Shown here in pieces: positions 1-8,471 of a DNA stretch of 23,907 bases. The notes under the pieces are model-generated. The model saw nothing but the letters and a program-made list of their open reading frames with translations, made no database searches and was not told the origin of the DNA. Within the stretch, counting starts at the first letter, position 1, and every line of letters begins with the position of its first letter. The stretch is from the NCBI GenBank assembly GCA_037138355.1, contig JBAXIL010000027.1, positions 1 to 23,907 of the forward strand, written 5' to 3'. Made by a program: the position numbers and the translations under genes. This stretch comes from a bacterium (GTDB taxonomy: Bacteria > Oederibacteriota > PGYV01 > Palsa-1178).

Positions 1-404
1 CCTGATTTACCAGTCACCCTTGCCGCATAACCAACCCCACCTGTACCTGGCTGGGACATAATAAATCCTTCATTACTAATATTACCAGCTTGTGGCCACA
101 CAGTCGAATTTCCGCCTTCTTGTGAATCAGAATAAGTTGACCAAATGCCACCATTTTTATTAAATCTACTTCCATTATCAAAGTTATCTAATACAAAAAC
201 TGTGGCACCAGCAGCTGCCATAATAGCAACAAAAACTGGTATAAGTTTTTTTATTAAAGAAAAAGTCATATTTTTTTGTTTAGATAAAATCACAGCATTA
301 ATCAAAGCTGTCTTTAAAGCTGCTTTTCTTAATGGAGTTTCAACTTCTTTTAGCTTTGCCTCTGATAATCTTTTTATTACTTCTTCATCATTAATATTTT
401 TCAT
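1..404 (-). CDS. Putative membrane anti-sigma factor with extracytoplasmic CBM11/CIA30-like domain (partial, runs off the left edge)
   Basis: Not in the ORF track. ATG at 404-402 with GAGGT RBS at 417-413; frame open to position 1. Manual translation: MKNINDEEVIKRLSEAKLKEVETPLRKAALKTALINAVILSKQKNMTFSLIKKLIPVFVAIMAAAGATVFVLDNFDNGSRFNKNGGIWSTYSDSQEGGNSTVWPQAGNISNEGFIMSQPGTGGVGYAARVTGKS. It has about 53 hydrophilic aa, one hydrophobic segment, then LDNFDNG..N..GG.W.TYSD..EGG.S. Starts 36 nt after the ECF sigma stop. The CDS is well supported; the function is inferred. Confidence 0.75.
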   Translation of the reverse strand, partial: MKNINDEEVIKRLSEAKLKEVETPLRKAALKTALINAVILSKQKNMTFSLIKKLIPVFVAIMAAAGATVFVLDNFDNGSRFNKNGGIWSTYSDSQEGGNSTVWPQAGNISNEGFIMSQPGTGGVGYAARVTGKS

Positions 405-428
405 CTCAATATACCTCTCTAATGATAT

Positions 429-454
429 AACGAAATAGTCTTATAAAGGTTGCG
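429..454 (-). promoter_or_regulatory. Candidate ECF-type promoter for the downstream anti-sigma gene
   Basis: Minus strand CGCAAC (454-449), 16 nt spacer, CGTT (432-429). Fits the AAC(-35)/CGT(-10) ECF promoter pattern and lies just upstream of the RBS at 417-413. Confidence 0.55.
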
Positions 455-1028
455 AATCCGAGCCAAAATACCTCTTAAGTTGTTGAATTCCCCTTGATAA
501 TAAAGACTTTATAGTCCCTTCGTTTTTCCCCAAAACATGAGCTATTTCAGTTATTTTCTTTTCTTCAAGATATCTTAAAACAATGACTTCCTGATACTTA
601 ACAGATAGTGTTTTCAAGGCATCTTTCACTTTTAAAAACTTTTGATTACTTTGGACTTCTTCCTGTACTTTTATAAGTTCATTTTCTATATCATTACTGG
701 GATTTTTATCGGAAACATCATAAACCGTATCCGGATCATCTAAGGAATATGGGGTGCGTTTGTGTTTTCTATAGAAATCAATTATTTCGTTTCCTGCAAT
801 CCTATAAAGCCAAGCAGAAAAAGGTATTCCAGTCCATTTAAAAGACGATAATTTATTTAAGGCCTTAAAAAAAGTTTCCGAAGTCACATCATCAGCGACA
901 GCTGCATTTCCTGTTCTATGTAAAGCATATCGCAATATAGCTGAATAATACTTTTCAAAAAGCACTGCAAAAGCCGCAGGATTTTTTTTCGCCTCTTCAA
1001 CAGCTTTTTTTTCTGTTTTATTATCCAT
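441..1028 (-). CDS. ECF-family RNA polymerase sigma-70 factor
   Basis: Region 2 motif DVTSETFFKA...FSAWLYRIAGN..IDFYRK and region 4 motif QEVIVLRY...EIAHVLGKNEGTIKSLLSRG. Start placed at ATG 1028 (AAGGGA upstream) rather than the track's TTG at 1064. Confidence 0.95.
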   Translation of the reverse strand: MDNKTEKKAVEEAKKNPAAFAVLFEKYYSAILRYALHRTGNAAVADDVTSETFFKALNKLSSFKWTGIPFSAWLYRIAGNEIIDFYRKHKRTPYSLDDPDTVYDVSDKNPSNDIENELIKVQEEVQSNQKFLKVKDALKTLSVKYQEVIVLRYLEEKKITEIAHVLGKNEGTIKSLLSRGIQQLKRYFGSDSQPL

Positions 1029-1157
1029 TGTTTCCCTTATTTCAATTTCACAAGATAGGAGCAAATAATATTAATTAAAGTGTCCGCTTTTTTAAAATCT
1101 ATCATGTCAATAAAAATCAGCGATAACAAAATAAATATAAAACTAAATATTTTTACA

Positions 1158-1754
1158 TTACAAAATTTTTGCCATTACTTTATCTATTTTTTTCTGTAGT
1201 TCTTCTATATCATCATCGTTATGTATTATGTAATCACTTAAAGCAACCTTTTTTGGTGTTGGAAAGAATTCTTGAAATTTTCTTATTTTTTCAAAATACC
1301 TACGGTCGGATTCGTTTTCTATTCTTTTCTTCCACTCTTTATCTTTGGTTCTGACAAATATGATTTTATCAGCCTTAGTATAAAATCCACTTTCAAACAA
1401 AACAGCCATATCAAGAATTACCACTGGCTCCTTTATCTTTTTAATCTCCTTAATCAATGCTTTTATTAGCGCAGGATATAAAATGCAAGTAAAATCCCAA
1501 TAATCCCTGCGGTCACCAAACACTATTTCGCCAAGTATACGCCTATTAATTTCTTTATCTCGCTTTATGATTACAGGTCCGTATTTGCGTTTCATTACAT
1601 AATATAGAGAAGTACCTTTTTTATATAGCTTATGAGCGAGATGATCTACATCAATGACAGGATACTTTTCTTCCAGGTGACTGCAGACCTCACTTTTTCC
1701 CGATTTAGTAGTACCAGTAATTGCAACAACAATTTTCTTTTTAACCGCACTCAT
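1158..1754 (-). CDS. coaE: Dephospho-CoA kinase
   Basis: N-terminal P-loop ITGTTKSGKS, then IDVDHLAH, INRRILGEIVF, DMAVLFE and SDYIIHN. Directly follows polA. Likely start ATG 1754 with GGAG upstream, overlapping the polA end. Confidence 0.9.
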   Translation of the reverse strand: MSAVKKKIVVAITGTTKSGKSEVCSHLEEKYPVIDVDHLAHKLYKKGTSLYYVMKRKYGPVIIKRDKEINRRILGEIVFGDRRDYWDFTCILYPALIKALIKEIKKIKEPVVILDMAVLFESGFYTKADKIIFVRTKDKEWKKRIENESDRRYFEKIRKFQEFFPTPKKVALSDYIIHNDDDIEELQKKIDKVMAKIL

Positions 1755-4413
1755 ACCAGTTGTCTCCTTCACCTATTGTGACATCCAAAGGCACACTAAT
1801 TCTTAAGGCCTTTTCCATTTCTATTTTTATTATTGCTTTTACTTTTTCCGTTTCTTTTGCCAAAACAGAAAACACAAGCTCGTCGTGCACTTGCAAAATC
1901 ATTTTAGCACTAATCCCAATTTTTTTAAACTCCTGATTTATACTTATCATTGCAATTTTTATTAAATCCGCAGCCGTACCCTGTATTGGTGCATTAATTG
2001 CAGCTCGCTCAGCAAATTCTCGTATTGTCCTGTTGGCACTGTGTATATCAGCCATATATCTTTTTCTGCCAGTTAAAGTTTCCACATAGCCATTGAGTAC
2101 TGCGTCTTTCTTTGTTTCCTGCTGATATTTAAGAACTCCAGGAAAGGTCATAAAAAACTTATCTATGTAATCTCCCGCTTCATGATTTGACACTCCAAGT
2201 TGTTTTGCAAGTCCAAAAGCACTTATTCCGTAAACTATGCCAAAATTAATAGTCTTAGCAGCGCGCCTGTGATCTTTAGTTAAAAACTCTACAGGTAGAC
2301 CAAATACTTCCGCAGCAGTTAGGGTATGTATATCCCCACCTTTTTTAAATATTTCTATTAGCTTCTCATCTTTTGAAAAATGTGCCAATATGCGAAGCTC
2401 TACCTGAGAATAATCAGCTTTAATCAATTTCTCGTTTCTATTTAAAGGCACAAATATTTTCCTAATTTCCCTACCTTCTTCACCTCTTACAGGTATATTT
2501 TGTATATTAGGATTAGATGATGACAATCTGCCAGTTGATGTTACTGCCTGATTATAAGATGGATAGAGCTTGTCATCACTTGTGAGCTTCATGCTGATTG
2601 CCTCTAAAAAACCCGTCTTTAATTTATTAAGCATTCTATATCGTAATATATCAGCCACAACTAAATGTTTTGATTCAAGAGCTGATAAAACTTCATTATC
2701 CGTAGAATACCCCGTCTTTGTTTTCTTTTGTTTAGGTAAATTTAATTTCTCAAAAAGTATTTCTCCTAATTGCTTTGGTGAGTTTATATTAAACTCCCCA
2801 TCTGCAGCTTTGTAAATATTTTTTTCAAGCCTATTTACTTCTGCGGTTGTCTTTTTAATAAGCTCATCAAGAAACTTTTTATCAATTTTCAAACCACAAA
2901 GTTCCATATCAGCAAGAACCTCTGCCAAAGGAAGTTCAATATTTTCATAAACAGGCCATAACGCTTGCTCTTTTAGCTTGGTTTCAAGTATTTCTGCTGT
3001 TTTAACAGCAGCATCAAGATTGGTAGAAACATATTCAATAATCTTTATGGGTTCAGCATCTTTTGAACTTACCTGCTTTGCGCCTTTACCTACAGCATCT
3101 TCATACGAAGGATAAAAGCCACTCAAATATTCAGAAAAGACAAGAGAATGATGTGATTTAGTTTTCTCAGGATTCAACAAATACGACATAAGCAATATAT
3201 CTTTCACAACTTTCGGATGACTTTTACAGGATTTAAACAATTCTTTAGAAGAATTTGTAATGACTTCCTTATCATTTAACTTAAATGCCTTGAAATCCGC
3301 TCCGTGAATAAAATAATTTTTATTATCAGCCTGTATACTTACAAGATTCATATTATCATCATCACGATCAAATATAACCACAAGCTTAGAAGCTTGAGAT
3401 ATTTCTGTCATATCACTTTTATTGGCTTCTTTAGCACTGCCAACAGCAACTTTCACAACATCAGAAATCGTACTCGAGCTTTGCGTATTATCTCCATTTT
3501 CAGATTTTTTTTGTTCAACTTTAGAAGTTGACTGAGCGGTCTTAAAAAACATATTTTTATCTGTTACAAGGGATTTAAAATTATAAGACATGAATTCGCT
3601 ATTAAGAGTTTCAAAATCTATCAAATTCGTGGAACAATTTTTCAAATTCAATTCAATTTTATCAAGTAATTCATTATTAGGTTTTAAAATTGAAAGCTCT
3701 TTTGATATTCGCGCATCCTTTTCACCAGCAATTAAGCGTTCTCTTAACTTATCTGCTTTTATCTTTTTAAGGTTATCGTAAAGATTCTCAACCGTACCAA
3801 ATTCCTGCACCAGCTTATATGCTGTCTTTTCGCCAATACCTTCAACGCCAGGTATATTATCAGAGGCGTCCCCCATCAAAGCAAGTACATCCGCCACAAG
3901 TGGTGGAACTATACCAAAATCAGCCAATATTTTTTCAGGAGTTATTATGATTTCTTCTTTTTTACCAAACTTCAATATACTTACATTTTCATTAACAAGC
4001 TGCATTATATCTTTATCTGTAGTTATAATTACGACTTTCATATCTGGCGTACCCAATGCCGCTGCTGCGGCGATTATATCATCTGCTTCAAAACCTTCCA
4101 TTTCAAAAATAGGTATATTCCCTTCTGCAGCAATCTCTTTTATTAATTTCATTTGTATCTGAAGTGACTCTGGCATTTTTTCGCGCTGAGCCTTATATTG
4201 TTCATACATTTTATGCCTAAAGGTGGGTTTAGGGTGATCAAAAGTTAAAGCCAAGTAATCTGGTTTTTTATTGCGTAATACTTTTAAAATCATATTATAA
4301 AATCCAAAAACAGCATGTATCTCGACGCCATCGTGAGTAGTTAGAGGAGGCATAGCATAAAAAGCCCTGTAGGCATATCCATTTCCATCTATAACAAATA
4401 ATGTCTTTGGCAT
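1741..4413 (-). CDS. polA: DNA polymerase I
   Basis: 5'-3' exonuclease motifs (IDGNGYAYRAFYA, EADDIIA, GDASDNIPGV) and family A polymerase motifs TGRLSSSNPNIQNIP, DYSQVELR, KTINFGIVYG, QVHDEL. Start ATG 4413 with AGGTG upstream (track start 4422). Confidence 0.98.
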   Translation of the reverse strand: MPKTLFVIDGNGYAYRAFYAMPPLTTHDGVEIHAVFGFYNMILKVLRNKKPDYLALTFDHPKPTFRHKMYEQYKAQREKMPESLQIQMKLIKEIAAEGNIPIFEMEGFEADDIIAAAAALGTPDMKVVIITTDKDIMQLVNENVSILKFGKKEEIIITPEKILADFGIVPPLVADVLALMGDASDNIPGVEGIGEKTAYKLVQEFGTVENLYDNLKKIKADKLRERLIAGEKDARISKELSILKPNNELLDKIELNLKNCSTNLIDFETLNSEFMSYNFKSLVTDKNMFFKTAQSTSKVEQKKSENGDNTQSSSTISDVVKVAVGSAKEANKSDMTEISQASKLVVIFDRDDDNMNLVSIQADNKNYFIHGADFKAFKLNDKEVITNSSKELFKSCKSHPKVVKDILLMSYLLNPEKTKSHHSLVFSEYLSGFYPSYEDAVGKGAKQVSSKDAEPIKIIEYVSTNLDAAVKTAEILETKLKEQALWPVYENIELPLAEVLADMELCGLKIDKKFLDELIKKTTAEVNRLEKNIYKAADGEFNINSPKQLGEILFEKLNLPKQKKTKTGYSTDNEVLSALESKHLVVADILRYRMLNKLKTGFLEAISMKLTSDDKLYPSYNQAVTSTGRLSSSNPNIQNIPVRGEEGREIRKIFVPLNRNEKLIKADYSQVELRILAHFSKDEKLIEIFKKGGDIHTLTAAEVFGLPVEFLTKDHRRAAKTINFGIVYGISAFGLAKQLGVSNHEAGDYIDKFFMTFPGVLKYQQETKKDAVLNGYVETLTGRKRYMADIHSANRTIREFAERAAINAPIQGTAADLIKIAMISINQEFKKIGISAKMILQVHDELVFSVLAKETEKVKAIIKIEMEKALRISVPLDVTIGEGDNWYECG

Positions 4414-4483
4414 TTTAGTCACACCTTTTTTTTATTTGCTGTTAAAAAATGAAACAGTTAAGAACAAATTCACCAAAACAATT

Positions 4484-5266
4484 TCAAACTATTTCACTTC
4501 GTTTTAATTCAATTTTTGGATCATGCTTATTGTAAATAATTTTTATCAAATGTAGTCCCTGCGGTGGAGCTGTGGAAGTCAAGTTCGATCTGTCATTCAC
4601 CGTGAACATTTTTTCCACATCCGCAATAACCATAGTTCCCTTTGCATATTCCACAAAAGCCGCAGCCATTCTGCGAATCATATTGTATAAAAAGCTTCTT
4701 CCTCTAAAATCCATAATAATCCAAGGTCCTGAAATTTTTATCTTAATGGATTTGATTTCCCTTTCGTATCTTGTAGTATCTGACGAAGCAGAAAAAGTGA
4801 AATAATTCTTTTTTCCTTTAAAAAGATGGAGAATTTCGTTTATCCTATGTGGGTCAAGTTTTTCATACACATGCCAAGCAATATCATTATAGACTGGCGG
4901 CATTGTTCTACGATTATATATTATATAGCGGTAAAATTTTTCTCTGGCATTATGTCTACTGGAAAAATACGGCTCTACTTCCTTGCAATCTTTTATTCTT
5001 ATATCCTGTGGAAGCAAGCCATTTAGCATTTTTTTAATTCCTTCAGGTTCAATTTTTGTTTCAACACAAAAATTGAATACTTGTCCTGAGGCATGTACTC
5101 CAGCATCTGTGCGTGAGGCACCTGTTGTTTTGATTTCCCCGCCAAATAATTTAAAAATCGCATATTCTATGAGACCCTGAACCGTAAGAAAATGTTGTTG
5201 TTTTTGCCAGCCAGAATAACCAGTTCCTTTATATGCCACTACACACTTAATGTTTTTTATGGACAT
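4484..5266 (-). CDS. truA: tRNA pseudouridine(38-40) synthase
   Basis: AYKGTGYSGWQ, catalytic SRTDAGVHA, SFLYNMIR, TAPPQGLHL. Confidence 0.96.
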   Translation of the reverse strand: MSIKNIKCVVAYKGTGYSGWQKQQHFLTVQGLIEYAIFKLFGGEIKTTGASRTDAGVHASGQVFNFCVETKIEPEGIKKMLNGLLPQDIRIKDCKEVEPYFSSRHNAREKFYRYIIYNRRTMPPVYNDIAWHVYEKLDPHRINEILHLFKGKKNYFTFSASSDTTRYEREIKSIKIKISGPWIIMDFRGRSFLYNMIRRMAAAFVEYAKGTMVIADVEKMFTVNDRSNLTSTAPPQGLHLIKIIYNKHDPKIELKRSEIV

Positions 5267-6232
5267 TTACACTGCCGCAGATTTCGTGTTATTTCTACCG
5301 GAGTTCTTAGCATTATAAAGTGCTGCATCAGCTTTTTCTATTAACTTTTCTTTTATGATAGCGTGTTCTGGGTATTCAGAGATACCGATACTTATAGTTA
5401 CATTGATAAGCGTGTTCCCACCATAAAAAGCATGATCCTCTATAAGCTTTCTCATGCGTTCTGCAACCTCATATGCTTCGTTTATACCCGTCTCAGGCAT
5501 AATTACAGAAAATTCCTCGCCTCCATAGCGACAAAGACTATCAGCACTTCGAAGACAACTTTTTGCTGTTTCCGCTACTTCCGCAAGTACCGTGTCACCT
5601 GCTTGATGTCCATATGTATCATTGACCTTTTTAAAATAATCTATATCAAACATAATAAGACTCATTTTATTTCTAAATCGTTTTGCCAAAGAAAGTTCTT
5701 CATCAATACGCGTTTCAAAATAACGCCTATTAAAACTTCCTGTCAACTGATCCATAATTGCCTTACGCTCAGAATCTTCTTTCTGCTCTAATAAAACACT
5801 TGTTGATTCCTTTATCTGTTCAACAACTTCTTTCTCAAGCTGCTTTCCAGTCTGCCTCTTTAGCTGAGTCATAATATCCAATGAAACTTTTTTAATTTCC
5901 ATTTTTATGGTTTTCTTCATGTCAGGAATGAGTTTTCCAATAGCGGTATTAATTTCTTTGGTAACCTGATGTCTGACTTGATTGCGTATGTGTCTTCTTA
6001 GCATTTTAAGGGCTGTCATTTCTTTATTTATAGTTTTCTTAACAGTACCAAGCACTATAACAGTAAGCTCTCTTTCTATGGATTCATTTATTTCGCCAAG
6101 GTAAGCTTCTTCTTTTTTTAACAATTGCTCATATTTTTCTTCAACTGTAGTTTCGAGTTTCTTTATTTTTTTTAGCTCTTCTTTAATTTCTCGAATATCT
6201 TTTTCAAACTTTTCCAATGCCTTGTCGTCCAT
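5267..6232 (-). CDS. Diguanylate cyclase with long helical N-terminal region
   Basis: DQLTGSFNRR, DIDYFKKVNDTYGHQAGD, I-site RSAD, active site RYGGEEF, ADAALYNAK. N-terminal ~155 aa are charged and helical, with no clear TM segment. Confidence 0.95.
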   Translation of the reverse strand: MDDKALEKFEKDIREIKEELKKIKKLETTVEEKYEQLLKKEEAYLGEINESIERELTVIVLGTVKKTINKEMTALKMLRRHIRNQVRHQVTKEINTAIGKLIPDMKKTIKMEIKKVSLDIMTQLKRQTGKQLEKEVVEQIKESTSVLLEQKEDSERKAIMDQLTGSFNRRYFETRIDEELSLAKRFRNKMSLIMFDIDYFKKVNDTYGHQAGDTVLAEVAETAKSCLRSADSLCRYGGEEFSVIMPETGINEAYEVAERMRKLIEDHAFYGGNTLINVTISIGISEYPEHAIIKEKLIEKADAALYNAKNSGRNNTKSAAV

Positions 6233-6423
6233 ATTTCTCCTATTTATATAACAGAATTAAACAAAAAACTAATAATCTTAACTTTTTTATCAAATAATAT
6301 TTTAATTATAACAATATTAATCATAATATTCTACTGTTTTTTGAATTTTTGAGTTTATGCTATACCTTTACAAATGTATGCTATTACTGCTGTATTATCT
6401 TACTCTATCTATTTGATTTTTTG

Positions 6424-8421
6424 CTAAAAGCTTATTTCCATTTCAGCGTTGAATGTTCTACCAGGCATTTTGTAATTCTTTACAATTTCATATGTAGTAT
6501 CGTCGAGAACATTTTTAATATTCAAAAACAGTTTAATATTTTTACTCATCTTATGAACTATCATGCAGTTTAATAAAGAGTAAGCTTTCAGGTTTTTACC
6601 AGCGGTATCTTTTCTTATATCAACATATTGACCATCTATTGTCACTTTAATATCAAAAGGCATTCTTATGTTCAAACCAGCATCAACCATACCTTCTGGC
6701 CTATATGGAAGCTGCATACCATCCTGATCAACAGCTATAAGAAAGTTATAGCGAGCATAAACAGCCAAGAATTCAAAAGGCTTGAAATCCGCTTTCATTT
6801 CAATGCCACTTAGAAATGCTTTATCAATGTTTATCGGTGTGTATGTGATTGAAACACCATCTGTTGTTTCTTTCCAACTTATTAGATTCTCAATTTCACT
6901 TTTAAAGAAAGTCACTCCTTCTGAAATCTTATCATCTTTCTTTTCTAAACCAATCTCATATGTAGTTGAGTTCTCTGGAACTAAATTTGCATTACCTTTC
7001 ATGTAGTATCCGTAACCAAAATCCTGAGTTGGCCAAAATAGATTACCAAGCGTTGGAGCAGTATATGATTTATCAATGGAAATCCTTATATCCACATTTT
7101 CTGGGAACTTATATTTTATACTAATGTTTTCACTGGTCATATTTTTATATGCTGAATTAAAATCTGCTCTAAAGCCAGTATTCATTATTAATTTATCATC
7201 AAATAATTTAATAGACATATTAGTAACCGAGGCCTGATTTGTATTTGTTGTGTCGCCAATATCAGAACTTCGAACTTCCTTAATGCCTGCATCGTAACCT
7301 GTCACGCCGGAGAAAAAGCCACCTTCATCATAAATCATATAGAACGAACCATTGTATTCAATTTTTTTGTGGTCAGAATTCACTGAAAATGTTGGATCCG
7401 TAAAACGCAAACGCGCTGACCGCATATACCCACTCAATTTTCCCTTTATCATACCCAATGTGAACTTTTCATCTGCCCCTATGTTGAAATCTTCATCTTG
7501 CTGTTTTGCATCAGTCTCAACAGAATATCCATTGAATGGAGTTTGCATATTTCTGTTAAAATAATATCCAAAAATCGTAGAATCAAGAAAATCACCAGTA
7601 AATGATAGTTTTGCATTTAGTATATGCTTCAAGTAAGCAGAATTATCAGTATACCCATCACTTTTTTCTTCTATTGCTGAAACTGAATACTTAATTCCAA
7701 AGATATTATAATCAGAAGATACTGTATACTTTTGAGAATTAAATGAACCATATGATGCAGACACGCCTAACAGCTTAGCTTCTTTAGAACCTGATATTAC
7801 ATTAATGACTCCAGCCGCTGCATCTGCTCCGTAAACAGAAGATAAGCCGCCTTTAATAATTTCAATTTTTTCTATGTTAGTGAGATCTATCATATTCAAA
7901 TCTGCTCCGCCAACCATCATATCATTTAAAGGAACTCCGTCTAATAACAACAAGGTATGATTAGATGGTGCGCCTCGAAAAGAAACAGAACCAACACCCT
8001 GATAACCACCACTTCTTAAGACTATCGTTCCGGCTATAGAATCAAGAACATCCTGAAGCTTTTCATCTCCCGAATCAGCTATTTCAGCTGCCTTAATTAC
8101 TTCAACACTTCGAGGAACAAGTGCTATATCTTCTGGCATTCGTCGCGCAGTCACTATAATTTCACCAGCATTTTTTATTACTTGCGTCTGCTGTGAGGTT
8201 GCATTATTATTAATAGGTTGTTTCCAATCATAAACACCAGGAGCATTGCCTTTGTTTGATATTCCTGCCGGAGCCTCAGTTCCAATCTTTTGCCCTATAG
8301 ATGCCCCTTTACCTGCTTGCGTACCATACTGTAAACCAGTTGAATTATAATCAGAAGAAAAAGCAAGAATTAAACCTGTAGTCAAAACTAAAAGCAACAA
8401 AATAACAATTTTTTTATTCAT
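6424..8421 (-). CDS. btuB: TonB-dependent outer-membrane receptor, BtuB-like
   Basis: Signal peptide, TonB-box-like EIIVTARR, plug motifs (FRGAPSNHTLLLLDGVP, IEKIEIIKGGLSSVYGADAAAGVINVI), C-terminal PGRTFNAEMEISF with terminal Phe. Last gene of the cobalamin-riboswitch operon. Confidence 0.88.
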   Translation of the reverse strand: MNKKIVILLLLVLTTGLILAFSSDYNSTGLQYGTQAGKGASIGQKIGTEAPAGISNKGNAPGVYDWKQPINNNATSQQTQVIKNAGEIIVTARRMPEDIALVPRSVEVIKAAEIADSGDEKLQDVLDSIAGTIVLRSGGYQGVGSVSFRGAPSNHTLLLLDGVPLNDMMVGGADLNMIDLTNIEKIEIIKGGLSSVYGADAAAGVINVISGSKEAKLLGVSASYGSFNSQKYTVSSDYNIFGIKYSVSAIEEKSDGYTDNSAYLKHILNAKLSFTGDFLDSTIFGYYFNRNMQTPFNGYSVETDAKQQDEDFNIGADEKFTLGMIKGKLSGYMRSARLRFTDPTFSVNSDHKKIEYNGSFYMIYDEGGFFSGVTGYDAGIKEVRSSDIGDTTNTNQASVTNMSIKLFDDKLIMNTGFRADFNSAYKNMTSENISIKYKFPENVDIRISIDKSYTAPTLGNLFWPTQDFGYGYYMKGNANLVPENSTTYEIGLEKKDDKISEGVTFFKSEIENLISWKETTDGVSITYTPINIDKAFLSGIEMKADFKPFEFLAVYARYNFLIAVDQDGMQLPYRPEGMVDAGLNIRMPFDIKVTIDGQYVDIRKDTAGKNLKAYSLLNCMIVHKMSKNIKLFLNIKNVLDDTTYEIVKNYKMPGRTFNAEMEISF

Positions 8422-8471
8422 AATATTCTCCTGTTATGTATTTCGTCCATTAAAAACAAAAATACTTAAAA

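Noticed and set aside
145..438. 97 aa plus-strand ORF
   Set aside because: Antisense shadow of the minus-strand gene at 404-<1, which has an RBS, operon context and a recognisable architecture.
1105..1110. Perfect TTGACA on the minus strand upstream of the ECF sigma
   Set aside because: No plausible -10 at 16-18 nt spacing (GCGGAC follows), so not called as a promoter.
3000..3550. Low-complexity linker and degenerate middle domain of PolA, considered as an intein or insertion
   Set aside because: No intein terminal motifs and total length is normal; an inactive 3'-5' exonuclease domain is common in PolA.
6349..6573. 74 aa Cys/Tyr-rich plus-strand ORF starting in the intergenic region
   Set aside because: TTG start with no RBS, mostly antisense to btuB, and composition explained by T-rich DNA.
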